A stretch of 32,000 nucleotides of DNA from Edaphobacter aggregans (GTDB taxonomy: Bacteria > Acidobacteriota > Terriglobia > Terriglobales > Acidobacteriaceae). Location of the stretch: positions 5,760,001 to 5,792,000 of the forward strand of contig NZ_RSDW01000001.1 of the NCBI RefSeq assembly GCF_003945235.1, written 5' to 3'. Shown piece by piece: positions 9,812 through 18,962 of the stretch (the stretch's first letter is position 1; each line of letters starts with the position of its first letter). The translations under genes were made by a program, and so were the position numbers. The notes below the pieces were generated by a model that worked only from the letters and a program-made list of their open reading frames with translations, was not told the origin of the DNA and did no database searches.

Positions 9812-11836
9812 ATGAAAAGCACTCTTGGCGCAGCCGTTGTCTTTCTGGCTGCGATGAATGCATCTCTCTTAGCACAACAGCACTTTCCTACCAACGAAGA
9901 CCTGCGCCAACTACGCAGTATCTCGTCTCCTCAACTTTCCCCCGATCTCAAACACGTAGTTGTAACGGTGCAAGACAGTACCGCGGACGGTGGAAAGAGC
10001 CATCTTTGGCTCTTGAGTACGGAAGACGCGGCGTATCGGCAACTCACCTTCAGTCAAGCTGAGGCGATGGGCGAGAGATCTCCGGAGTATCTTCCCGACG
10101 GTAGCGCGATTCTCTTCCTATCCCGCAGGGATGGTCGATCGAATCTCTATCGTCTACCGCTCAACGGCGGTGAGGCGGTCGCGCTGAAACTGCAGCGCGT
10201 TCCAGTACCGGGCGAGGCCGCTGCGGCCGTCGATGTCGTCTCTTACTCGATATCACCCGATGGAAGTATGGTGGCTGTGGTCGCATCTGACCCGGAGCCT
10301 GCGTCTCGTGCTCGCGATCACAAGGACAAGAAGGACGCGATCTGGGTGGAGCATGAAGAGCAGAAACATCACCTATATCTGATGGATAGTAAGACCTGGA
10401 AGTCAAGAGAGGTTCCCGCCCTGACCGACATCGACTCGGTCTCTTGGACGGAGCAGTCGGACCGACTGTTGATCCTGACTCACACGCATCTCCGTGACCT
10501 CGGACCAAGCACTGTCGGTTGGATCATGTCGGCGCAGAACCCGTCAGAGCAGAAACGGATTGAAGGACTCCCGGAGTCGACCCGCCGTGCAGTGTGGATG
10601 CACCATGCGGATGGTCTTGTCCTGTTTGCGAAGTGCAAGAAGGATGCACCGGAAGGATGTTCTGATCTATATACATTCGATATGGCCAGCGCTAAGCTGC
10701 ACAACCTGACCGCGGACTTGAAGGACAGTACGCTGTCGCCCGAGACGCTGATCGCCGCAGACGACGACCGTAGCGCACTTGTCAGCGTGACACACGGAAT
10801 GAAGCGAACTGTGGCTCAAATCGATCTTGGGAGCGGGCATACGAGTTTGTTGGACTTCGGCCTTCCTGTCGTCGCCGCTTTCCGACAGACCGAGAAAGCG
10901 AAGGCGTGGGTTTATATGGGAAGCGCCAGCACTTCGGCACCTGCAGTCTACATGACCACAGCCCTGGATCAGCCAGGCAAACGGCTTGTTCAGCCCGAAT
11001 CGACCCCGGCCGAGTGGATGTCGGTGACGTCCAAGCCTGTCTCATGGAAACGGGCAGGTTTCACTATCGAAGGTCTGCTTTATCTTCCACGACAAGTTTC
11101 AGAGGGGCGCGTGCCTCTGGTTGTCAATGTTCATGGCGGTCCGACTGGGCAGTTCACCGATACCTACTCGCCTCTCACCAATCTTCTGGTTGGACAAGGA
11201 TGGGCTGTGCTGATCACGAACCCTCGCGGAAGTACTGGGTACGGGGTTGAATTTGAAGCGGCCAATAAGGATGACATGGGCAACGGAGACTACCTCGACA
11301 TTATGGCGGGTGTTGATGAAGTGCTTCGCACCTCGCCAGTCGATGCAGAGCGAATGGCACTGATCGGCTATAGCTACGGGGGCGAGATGGCTGGCTTCGT
11401 GGAAGGGAAGACCACGCGGTTCAAGGCAATCGTGAGCGGCGCACCGGTCATCGATCAGTTCAGCGAGTACGGCACGGAGTCTGGCTCTTACGGAGATCGC
11501 TGGTTTACTGGCCAGCCATGGCGGCACTTCGAAAGTGCCTGGCGTCAGAGTCCGATAGCCTATGCCGAGCATGCCAAGACGCCCTTCCTACTGCTCCAGG
11601 GTCAGAGCGATACTACCGATCCAGAAGGCCAGTCTAAGGAGATGTATCGGGCCCTGCGGCAGGAAGGCGTGCCCGTGCAGATGCTGCTCTTTCCTCGTGA
11701 GGACCATGGAGCCCTCGGAGGAAACTTCGCCGGGCAGCCAAGCACCGAACCGTGGCATGGTGTGATCGCACGCGATCACATGATCCGCTTTATTGCTGAT
11801 GCATTCGCCGGAAAGGTCGAACCCAATCAACCGTAG
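9812..11836 (+). CDS. S9-family serine peptidase (prolyl oligopeptidase / acylaminoacyl-peptidase-like), exported
   Basis: Signal peptide MKSTLGAAVVFLAAMNASLLAQ/Q. The N-terminal half looks like a beta-propeller. The C-terminal alpha/beta-hydrolase domain has the nucleophile motif GYSYGGEM, plus a downstream Asp (QGQSDTTDP) and His (FPREDHGA). An AGGAGA Shine-Dalgarno sequence lies 5 nt before ATG 9812; the ORF track begins at the in-frame TTG at 9791. Confidence 0.85.
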   Translation: MKSTLGAAVVFLAAMNASLLAQQHFPTNEDLRQLRSISSPQLSPDLKHVVVTVQDSTADGGKSHLWLLSTEDAAYRQLTFSQAEAMGERSPEYLPDGSAILFLSRRDGRSNLYRLPLNGGEAVALKLQRVPVPGEAAAAVDVVSYSISPDGSMVAVVASDPEPASRARDHKDKKDAIWVEHEEQKHHLYLMDSKTWKSREVPALTDIDSVSWTEQSDRLLILTHTHLRDLGPSTVGWIMSAQNPSEQKRIEGLPESTRRAVWMHHADGLVLFAKCKKDAPEGCSDLYTFDMASAKLHNLTADLKDSTLSPETLIAADDDRSALVSVTHGMKRTVAQIDLGSGHTSLLDFGLPVVAAFRQTEKAKAWVYMGSASTSAPAVYMTTALDQPGKRLVQPESTPAEWMSVTSKPVSWKRAGFTIEGLLYLPRQVSEGRVPLVVNVHGGPTGQFTDTYSPLTNLLVGQGWAVLITNPRGSTGYGVEFEAANKDDMGNGDYLDIMAGVDEVLRTSPVDAERMALIGYSYGGEMAGFVEGKTTRFKAIVSGAPVIDQFSEYGTESGSYGDRWFTGQPWRHFESAWRQSPIAYAEHAKTPFLLLQGQSDTTDPEGQSKEMYRALRQEGVPVQMLLFPREDHGALGGNFAGQPSTEPWHGVIARDHMIRFIADAFAGKVEPNQP

Positions 11837-11839
11837 TAG

Positions 11840-12967
11840 TCAACCGCAGAGCTGCTCGATGGCTGTGCGCAGCAGATGCACACAGCTATCGAGCTCTGCT
11901 TTTGGCACACATTCGCGCGGACTGTGTGCGGTCAGCATCGATCCCGGTCCGATAACCACGACCTCCGCGCCCATCCTGGCAAGCCACGGCGCCTCCGTTG
12001 CGAAAGCGATTGTCTCGATAGGCGTCCCAGGCTGCCTCTGCACGGACTGAATCACAGTGCTTTCGGCACTGGTCTCGAACCCCGAATCCATTCTGAGAAC
12101 TTCGACCTCTGCCTCAAATTCATTCGCAGAGAGGCGGCCGATGATCTTTCGCAAACGATCAAGTACAAGGTTTGGTTGTTGTCCAGGGATAGGTCTCCAC
12201 TCCAGAAGAAAGGAGCACTCCGATGGGACAATATTCTTGGCAGTGCCGCCACGAATCTCGCCAACATTCAAGGTCGTCCATGGTGGTGAGAAGGCGTTGT
12301 TCCGCTCCAACAGGAGTTCCTGGGCCAGGTTTTCGATCTCTCGAAGTAATTGCGCAGCGGCAAAGATCGCGGAGTGGCCTGCCTCAGGAAAAGCGCTATG
12401 TGCAGCTCTGCCCTTTACGCTGATTGTGGCAAGACAATATCCTTTGCCCGCGCGTGCAGGGGTGAGCGAGGTTGGCTCGCCGACTATGGCGTATCTTGCC
12501 TTAAGCGCCTTGTGTTCTGCGAGAAAGCGAGCCCCTCGACAACCGACCTCCTCATCCGAGGTAAAGACCAGGCAAAGTTGGTGCCTGAGAGCTGCTGTAT
12601 CCATCTCCAACACGGTGGCGAGCATGCAGGCTAGAAAGCCTTTTACATCGCAGGCGCCACATCCGTGAAGCATACCGTCTACTTCGAGTAGATTCGTCGC
12701 ATCGGCCCACGTTGAGCTGTATGGAACTGTGTCGGTATGGCATACGATAGCAAGTTCAGCACTAATACTTTCTTCGTCCAGCGATCGTGGCGAGACGATG
12801 AGATTTATCTTCTCGAAGCCGTGCGCATCCTCGTAGGAGAAGAGCCGCTGGTGCCAGCCGAGCGGCAGAAAGAATCTCTGTATCCATTCGATGAGGGGGC
12901 GGTTGCTTTGACTGGAGACAGTGGGGATGGCTACCAAGTCCCGCAACAATGTCGCCGGCGAGATCAT
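11840..12967 (-). CDS. M20-family metallohydrolase, ArgE/DapE (acetylornithine deacetylase)-like; last gene of the hut operon
   Basis: 375-aa ORF with M20/ArgE hallmarks: CHTDTVP, HGCGACDVKG, FTSDEEVGCRGA, IVGEPT and KGRAAHSAFPEAG. Its ATG (12967-12965) overlaps the hutF TGA (12966-12964). Confidence 0.85.
   Translation of the reverse strand: MISPATLLRDLVAIPTVSSQSNRPLIEWIQRFFLPLGWHQRLFSYEDAHGFEKINLIVSPRSLDEESISAELAIVCHTDTVPYSSTWADATNLLEVDGMLHGCGACDVKGFLACMLATVLEMDTAALRHQLCLVFTSDEEVGCRGARFLAEHKALKARYAIVGEPTSLTPARAGKGYCLATISVKGRAAHSAFPEAGHSAIFAAAQLLREIENLAQELLLERNNAFSPPWTTLNVGEIRGGTAKNIVPSECSFLLEWRPIPGQQPNLVLDRLRKIIGRLSANEFEAEVEVLRMDSGFETSAESTVIQSVQRQPGTPIETIAFATEAPWLARMGAEVVVIGPGSMLTAHSPRECVPKAELDSCVHLLRTAIEQLCG
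11846..11903 (+). terminator. Candidate intrinsic terminator for the S9 peptidase gene, embedded in the 3' coding end of the convergent M20 gene
   Basis: A long imperfect hairpin is visible. GCAGAGCT (11846-11853) pairs with AGCTCTGC (11892-11899). CGAT (11857-11860) pairs with ATCG (11888-11891). GCTGTG (11862-11867) pairs with CACAGC (11881-11886). The hairpin is followed directly by TTTT (11900-11903). On the minus strand no T-run follows it. Confidence 0.5.
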
Positions 12968-14355
12968 AGCTCGGTCCCAAGTCGCTGCTGTACATGATGA
13001 AAGGCTGCAATAATCTCGTCTTGCATTGCGTGCCGTTTTTGGTCGATGACTACTCTTCCGGCAACGACAACGTCGCAGACCGCACTCCGAGACATGCTGA
13101 AGACCATGTTTGTCAGTAGTTCCTCGGGCAAGCTGCCTGCAAGCGAACAGTCGGAGAGATCGATAGTGAAGAAATCTGCGGGCTTACCCAACTCTAGCGA
13201 GCCGGTGTTCGCATGAAGCGACCTGGCGCCTGACCGGGTGGCAAAGTCGAAGAGGAGCCCGGGGAGGGGCTCACCTTGTCTGCCATCCAGAACCGCACGC
13301 TGAAGGTGCAGCAGACGCAGATTTGATTCGAGCTCCCGGGCATTCTCAAGTGGATCAGTCTGGGTATGGCTATCGGTCCCGAAGGCGATCGAAACTCCTT
13401 CATCGATCAACTCGTCGGCGCGGAGAATCCCGTCGCCCAGATTGCGCTCAGTCGTTGGGCATGCGCCTACGGTGATCTTTCCACGCGCCATCCGTTTGAT
13501 CTCTCCAGGTTGCAGATGGATCGCATGAATCGCGGTGAAGTCGGGCGTCAGAAGGCCGAGCTGATCAAGAAAGTGAAACGGTGTTACACCATACTCAGAT
13601 ACACAGGCATTGATCTCGGCGGGTTGCTCGGCGACGTGCATATGTAGCGGCACCCCCTGAGCGTGAGCCCAGGCTGAGATCTCGTTGAGATACTCGCGTG
13701 GAACGGCTCGAACGCTGTGCGGTGCGAGGCCGAAGCCCACGGTCGCAGGCATCTGTGTGATCTCATTTCTAAGAGTCTCTGCATCCCGCAGAAACATGTC
13801 CGCATCCGGCTCGATGAAGCGGATCTGGCCAGGATCCGTAGGTAGATTGAAGCCCGCACGAGCATAGGCGCAGCGAAGTAACACGATCCGTATTCCAACG
13901 CTGTCGGCAGCGCGGATCACCTGCTTCGCCAGCAGGTTTGGATCGTCGTAAACCGATCCTACGGCAGTGCGATGAAGGTAGTGAAATTCGCCGACAGTCG
14001 TGATCCCGGCGAGGGTCATCTCGAGAAAGGCCAGGCGCGCCACGTCATAGATCTCCTCCGGCGTCAGCGCCAGAGCGCATCTGTACATAATGTTGCGCCA
14101 TGACCAGAAGTCCGGCCCGCTCCTGTGCCGTGACTCTGCTTTGCCTCGCAACGCGCGCTGAAACGAATGCGAGTGAATATCTATCATTCCTGGAAGGAGC
14201 GCGCGTCCGGGCATGCGATGGACAATGGCGCTACTCGCCAGTTGCATGGCCGGATTGATGGAGACGATGGTTCCAGCGTCGTCCACTTCAAGGGCATAGC
14301 CTTGCTTGAAGCCGCCGTCGACGAAAAGGAGATCTGGTTGATATGAGATGTTCAT
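12964..14355 (-). CDS. hutF: Formimidoylglutamate deiminase (amidohydrolase superfamily)
   Basis: Translation from ATG 14355 reads [16 protein letters not shown]...LLPGMIDIHSHSFQRALRGKAE...HMHVAEQ...FGTDSH. This is a HutF-type metal-dependent deaminase pattern in hut context, giving 463 aa. The 600-aa ORF in the track is an artefactual 5' extension that overlaps hutI. The start codon overlaps the hutI stop as ATGA. Confidence 0.8.
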   Translation of the reverse strand: MNISYQPDLLFVDGGFKQGYALEVDDAGTIVSINPAMQLASSAIVHRMPGRALLPGMIDIHSHSFQRALRGKAESRHRSGPDFWSWRNIMYRCALALTPEEIYDVARLAFLEMTLAGITTVGEFHYLHRTAVGSVYDDPNLLAKQVIRAADSVGIRIVLLRCAYARAGFNLPTDPGQIRFIEPDADMFLRDAETLRNEITQMPATVGFGLAPHSVRAVPREYLNEISAWAHAQGVPLHMHVAEQPAEINACVSEYGVTPFHFLDQLGLLTPDFTAIHAIHLQPGEIKRMARGKITVGACPTTERNLGDGILRADELIDEGVSIAFGTDSHTQTDPLENARELESNLRLLHLQRAVLDGRQGEPLPGLLFDFATRSGARSLHANTGSLELGKPADFFTIDLSDCSLAGSLPEELLTNMVFSMSRSAVCDVVVAGRVVIDQKRHAMQDEIIAAFHHVQQRLGTEL

Positions 14356-15575
14356 ATTATCTGTCTTTGGCCGGCAATCCAAACCTGGCTCACCATCGTA
14401 TGTCCAAGCGTATAGGGCAGCTCTCTCCAGTCGGCACTCTCGATGACAAGCAGGTCCGCGGGCAGGCCCACCTCCAAACGCCCGACATCTGTAAGGCCAA
14501 GGGCCGCCGCAGCGTTGCTCGTCGAGGCCGTCAACGCCTCGGGTGCTGTTAGCCCATTGAGGCGTGTGGCGAGACTCATTGCGGCCGCTATGGAGAAGAG
14601 GGGGCTGGAGCCAGGATTGAGATCGGTTCCAACCGCCACTGCGGCTCCGGCATCGATCAAGGCGCGACCCGGCGCGGCCGGCAGACCCAGATGGAGACTC
14701 ACGCCAGGAAGAATCGTTGCAACCGTCTTCGATGAGCCAATTAATTTGCACTGCTGAGGAGTGCAAACCTCAAGGTGGTCGATGCTCAGAGCCCCCAGTC
14801 GAATCCCAAGTTCGAGGCCACCCACGCGTTGAAACTGTTCGGTGTGAAGCTTGATTGCTAGACCATGCGAAAGTGCGCATGCCAGGATGATCTCGGCGTC
14901 CTCTGCGCTCCAGGCATGGTGCTCGACAAAGATATCGACGGCTGTTGCAAGACCGCGTCGGGCCACCTCGGGGATCAGATCGCAGCAGACGGCCTCACGG
15001 TAGGCCTGTCGCGCGACAGGATCTTCAGGGCAGAGATGGATGAGCAGTGTGGGCAACAGTCGTGCCTGTGTTTGAGTCTGCAATTGGCCAACGGCCTCAA
15101 GCATTCGGAGCTCGGCTTCGGGGCTATAACCGTATCCGGACTTTACCTCGATGGTGGTGGCACCGGAACGTATAAGAGCTTGAGTCCTGGGCAATGCGAG
15201 GGCGACCAGCTCCTCGCTGCTTTTGTCGATGGTTTCACGGATAGTGTGCCAGATGCCGCCGCCGGCGGCGAGAATCTGTTCGTACGTGGCACCGGCATTG
15301 CGGGCTTCAAAGTCCGCAAGACGGTCTCCTGCCCACACCGCGTGGGTATGCGGATCGACCAGGCCAGGAATTACGGCACGACCGCCAAGGCCGATTGTCT
15401 CATTCGAACGACCACTCCATTCACTCTCCGGACCAACCCAGGAGATGCGCCCTCGTTCAATCGCGATTGCCGCACGCCGGATAGTTCGTAGCTGGGACAT
15501 CGCCGCACCGTATTTAGGCCCGGAGCCAACCGGAGTCACAAGTTCAGAGATGCCGGTGAGAAGCAGATCGCTCAT
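14352..15575 (-). CDS. hutI: Imidazolonepropionase
   Basis: Translation from ATG 15575 reads [15 protein letters not shown]...[17 protein letters not shown]...[12 protein letters not shown]...KLHTEQF...[12 protein letters not shown]. This matches HutI family motifs at the typical length of 407 aa. The start codon overlaps the hutU stop as ATGA. Confidence 0.9.
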   Translation of the reverse strand: MSDLLLTGISELVTPVGSGPKYGAAMSQLRTIRRAAIAIERGRISWVGPESEWSGRSNETIGLGGRAVIPGLVDPHTHAVWAGDRLADFEARNAGATYEQILAAGGGIWHTIRETIDKSSEELVALALPRTQALIRSGATTIEVKSGYGYSPEAELRMLEAVGQLQTQTQARLLPTLLIHLCPEDPVARQAYREAVCCDLIPEVARRGLATAVDIFVEHHAWSAEDAEIILACALSHGLAIKLHTEQFQRVGGLELGIRLGALSIDHLEVCTPQQCKLIGSSKTVATILPGVSLHLGLPAAPGRALIDAGAAVAVGTDLNPGSSPLFSIAAAMSLATRLNGLTAPEALTASTSNAAAALGLTDVGRLEVGLPADLLVIESADWRELPYTLGHTMVSQVWIAGQRQII

Positions 15576-17236
15576 CTGGCTCCATTCACACTTGGCATAT
15601 CGAGGCTGCGCTGCTCCGCGATCGCGTGCGCCTTCGCGTAGCCGGCATCGGCGTGACGAATAACGCCCATGGCAGGATCGTTCGTAAGACAAAGACTCAG
15701 CCGCTGGTCGGCTTCTTCGCTTCCGTCGGCCACAGCGACTAGTCCAGCATGCTGGCTGTACCCCATGCCGACGCCTCCGCCATGATGGAAACTCATCCAC
15801 CCTGCGCCACTAGCAATGCCGACTGCAAAGTTGAGCAATGCCCAGTCGGAAACGGCGTCTGAACCGTCCAGCATCGCCTCGGTCTCACGATAGGGGCTGG
15901 CGACAGAGCCGGCATCCAGATGATCGCGGCCAATGACTATCGGTGCTTTCAGGCGCCCATCCCGCACCATCTGATTGAAGAGCAGCCCTGCACGATCACG
16001 CTCGCGGTAGCCAAGCCAGCAAATTCTTGCGGGAAGTCCCTGAAAGGCCACATGCTGGCCAGCCCAGGGGAGCCACTGGTTCAAGCGAGCGTCGTCCGGA
16101 AAAAGTTCAAGCAGGGCTGCATCTGTAGCCGCGATATCGGCCGGATCACCTGATAGCGCAACCCAGCGGAAGGGGCCGCGCCCCTCGCAAAACGAATCTC
16201 GTATAAACGCGGGAACGAAGCCGGGGTAATCGAATGCATTGGCAACACCGCCGATCTTTGCCTGCGCTCGCAGGTTGTTGCCATAGTCGAAACAGATCGA
16301 TCCGCGACGTTGCAGTTCCAGAATCGCCTCTACATGCTGAGCTATGTCTGTACGTACGCGCTCCAGGTAATGCTCTGGATGACTAGCACGTTGTGCTGTC
16401 AGGTCTTCGTCCTCCCGTGCTGTCGGACGGTAGCCATAGAGCGGGTCGTGCGCACTCGTCTGATCAGTGACGATGTCAGGCAGGAAACCACTCCGTACGA
16501 CCTGCGGCAGGACCTCGGCAGCGTTTCCCAGCAGGCCGATCGAGAGCGCTCGGCGCTCCGCTCGCGCCACATTGGCACGCGTGATCGCGTCTTCGAGCGA
16601 GGTTGCCACCTCATCAAGATACCGAGTCGCGATCCGACGTTCGATGCGACTCTGGTCCGCCTCGACACAGATACTCACACCGCCAGCCAACTTAACTGCG
16701 AGAGGTTGTGCTCCGCCCATGCCGCCCAGTCCTGCCGTGAGCGTAATCGTTCCCTTGAGTGAGCCGTTGAAGTACTTCTGCGCGACACCGAGAAAGGTTT
16801 CGTAGGTGCCCTGAAGAATTCCCTGCGTCCCGATATATATCCAGGAACCGGCGGTCATTTGGCCATACATCATCAGTCCCGCGCGATCCAGACGATCAAA
16901 CTCGTCCCAGGTCGCCCAGTGTGGGACGAGGTTCGAGTTTGCAATTAGTACTCTCGGCGCGAGCGGATGCGTCTCGAGAACCGCGACCGCCTTCCCCGAT
17001 TGCACCAGCAGTGTCTCGTGGTTTTTCAGCCGGTCAAGCGTGTGGATCAGCGTATGGTACGCGTCCCAACTGCGCGCCGCCTTGCCTCGTCCGCCGTACA
17101 CGATCAGATCCTCCGGCCTCTCCGCGACCGCCGGATCGAGGTTGTTCATCAGCATGCGCTTGGCTGCCTCCTGTATCCAGCCCTGCGCCGTACGCGTATT
17201 GCCGCGTGGTGCATGAATAGGGGTGTAGGCGCTCAT
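15572..17236 (-). CDS. hutU: Urocanate hydratase (urocanase)
   Basis: 554 aa. The sequence includes [27 protein letters not shown]...LIVYGG...[14 protein letters not shown]..., which is diagnostic of urocanase. The start codon overlaps the hutH stop as ATGA. Confidence 0.95.
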   Translation of the reverse strand: MSAYTPIHAPRGNTRTAQGWIQEAAKRMLMNNLDPAVAERPEDLIVYGGRGKAARSWDAYHTLIHTLDRLKNHETLLVQSGKAVAVLETHPLAPRVLIANSNLVPHWATWDEFDRLDRAGLMMYGQMTAGSWIYIGTQGILQGTYETFLGVAQKYFNGSLKGTITLTAGLGGMGGAQPLAVKLAGGVSICVEADQSRIERRIATRYLDEVATSLEDAITRANVARAERRALSIGLLGNAAEVLPQVVRSGFLPDIVTDQTSAHDPLYGYRPTAREDEDLTAQRASHPEHYLERVRTDIAQHVEAILELQRRGSICFDYGNNLRAQAKIGGVANAFDYPGFVPAFIRDSFCEGRGPFRWVALSGDPADIAATDAALLELFPDDARLNQWLPWAGQHVAFQGLPARICWLGYRERDRAGLLFNQMVRDGRLKAPIVIGRDHLDAGSVASPYRETEAMLDGSDAVSDWALLNFAVGIASGAGWMSFHHGGGVGMGYSQHAGLVAVADGSEEADQRLSLCLTNDPAMGVIRHADAGYAKAHAIAEQRSLDMPSVNGAR

Positions 17237-18744
17237 GCTTGAAGAACCTCCTGTTCCGCCAGAATAGACGGCCAGTCGGCTCTTTCAAGAAACTCTCCTG
17301 CGTCGGCCATGATGCCAGACATCGTGCGATCTCCTTCCCAGGCAGGGCAATAGACGCGGAAGGCGTTACGGGCCGCGTCGAGCAGGGGAGAGACGAAGTG
17401 GTCGCCGCGAAGGTCGAGCGCTCGTGTCGCCGTCAGCCATTCGACGGCCAGCACCATTCGGCATAGCCCTACAGACTGCAAGAGCTTCAACGCCGACGTC
17501 ATGCCCATACTTACGAAGTCCTCTTGGTTTCCGCTTGTAGGAATAGAACAGGCGGAGGCCGGTGTTGCTAGGACCCGCATCTCGGCTACGAGCGCGGCGG
17601 AGGTTACTTGCGCCATCATCAGGCCGGATTCTATTCCTGGTCGGGTAGCGAGAAACGCTGGCAACCCTTCATTCAGACTAGGGTTCATCAGCCTCTCTGT
17701 TCTTCGCTCCGAGATCCCAGCGAGTTGGCAGAGCGCTATCGCAAGCTGATCGAGCGTCAGAGCCAACGGCGCACCGTGAAAGTTGCCCCCTGAGATGAAG
17801 TCGTCTTCGAAGAGCAGCGGATTGTCCGTCGCACTGTTTAACTCAATGGCGAAGACGCGTTCCGCCTGGAGGAGGCAGTCCCATACTGCACCGTGTACCT
17901 GCGGAACGCAGCGCAGACAGTAGGCATCCTGGACCTTCGTGCTTGATGTGTGGCGTATGGAGCCGGCGAGCAGGCCACGAAGGGACGCGGCGCTCTGTAT
18001 CTGTCCTGGATGGGGGCGTCCGGCATGGAGGCGTTCGTCGTATGCAGCCGATGTCCCCCGCAAAGCCTGAAGTGTCAGGGCGGTTGCAATCTGCGCGGAT
18101 TGAAAGAGGCTCTTGAGATCGTGAAGTTGCAGGCATCCTATGGCTAGCATCGCCTGCGTTCCGTTTAGCAGCGAGATGCCTTCCTTGGCTTGAAGCCTTA
18201 AGGGTTCGAGGGAGGCTTGCCGCAAGCATTCTGCAGCGGGCAAACGTTGGCCGCCGTAAGTGGCTTCACCCTCGCCGATGAGTACGAGGGCCATATGTGC
18301 CAATGGTGCAAGATCTCCACTGGCGCCAACGCTTCCACGCATCGGCACGATGGGTGTGATGCCAAGATTCAGTAGATCGCAGAGCCTTTGAGCAACAATG
18401 GGCCGAATTCCCGACAGGCCCATTGCCAGGATGTTGGCGCGGATCAGCATCATTGCCCGAACGACGTCCTGAGGAAGCGGATCGCCAACGCCACAGCAGT
18501 GGGAGCGCACGAGATTTAGCTGCATCTGTTCGATGCTTGCCTCTTCGAGGCGTACGTTCGCTAGCAGCCCCACGCCGGTATTCAAAGCATAGACGGCAGT
18601 TTCGCTGCGCAACGCTTGCTCTACCTTGCCGCGGGAGATCCTCATACGAGAGAGTGATGTCTCAGTAATGGAGACGGGTTCGCCATTCCGTGCCACCCGA
18701 ATGACCTCATCGATGGTCAGCGCGTTTCCTTGCAATTCGGCCAT
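17233..18744 (-). CDS. hutH: Histidine ammonia-lyase
   Basis: 503 aa. It contains [14 protein letters not shown] (the Ala-Ser-Gly MIO-forming triad) and is collinear with HAL/PAL family proteins. It is the first gene of the operon. Confidence 0.95.
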   Translation of the reverse strand: MAELQGNALTIDEVIRVARNGEPVSITETSLSRMRISRGKVEQALRSETAVYALNTGVGLLANVRLEEASIEQMQLNLVRSHCCGVGDPLPQDVVRAMMLIRANILAMGLSGIRPIVAQRLCDLLNLGITPIVPMRGSVGASGDLAPLAHMALVLIGEGEATYGGQRLPAAECLRQASLEPLRLQAKEGISLLNGTQAMLAIGCLQLHDLKSLFQSAQIATALTLQALRGTSAAYDERLHAGRPHPGQIQSAASLRGLLAGSIRHTSSTKVQDAYCLRCVPQVHGAVWDCLLQAERVFAIELNSATDNPLLFEDDFISGGNFHGAPLALTLDQLAIALCQLAGISERRTERLMNPSLNEGLPAFLATRPGIESGLMMAQVTSAALVAEMRVLATPASACSIPTSGNQEDFVSMGMTSALKLLQSVGLCRMVLAVEWLTATRALDLRGDHFVSPLLDAARNAFRVYCPAWEGDRTMSGIMADAGEFLERADWPSILAEQEVLQA

Positions 18745-18962
18745 AGCGAGCAGAATAGTTCAGCGACTGGAAAAGTAGCCATGCTATCTCACGGCAAATC
18801 GTGGCCTAAAATAGTCGAATCAGTCGATCCTGGTCGCTAATACATATCAATCGATGGATTAAATGATATTCTTCCGTGGATCGTCTTCAAATGAATACTC
18901 GATAAATAATGCATTCTCGTGTCTAATCTCAAAAGATCTCCAAGCGTACGAGGACAAAAAAC
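18745..18962. promoter_or_regulatory. Divergent promoter/operator region between hutH (-) and the Lrp/AsnC regulator (+)
   Basis: This 218-bp tract is the most AT-rich in the central part of the window. It contains a tandem 9-mer, AGTCGAATC/AGTCGATCC (18813-18830), and two related AT-rich boxes (TTAAATGATATTC and TCAAATGAATACTC). No promoter elements could be assigned with certainty. Confidence 0.5.

Noticed and set aside
14356-14766. 137-codon N-terminal extension of the hutF ORF. The 75-codon extension of the hutI ORF (15576-15800) is the same kind of artefact.
   Set aside because: The extensions overlap the 3' ends of the upstream genes and translate to Arg/Gly/Trp-rich nonsense. The conserved protein cores begin at ATGs that form ATGA overlaps with the upstream stop codons.
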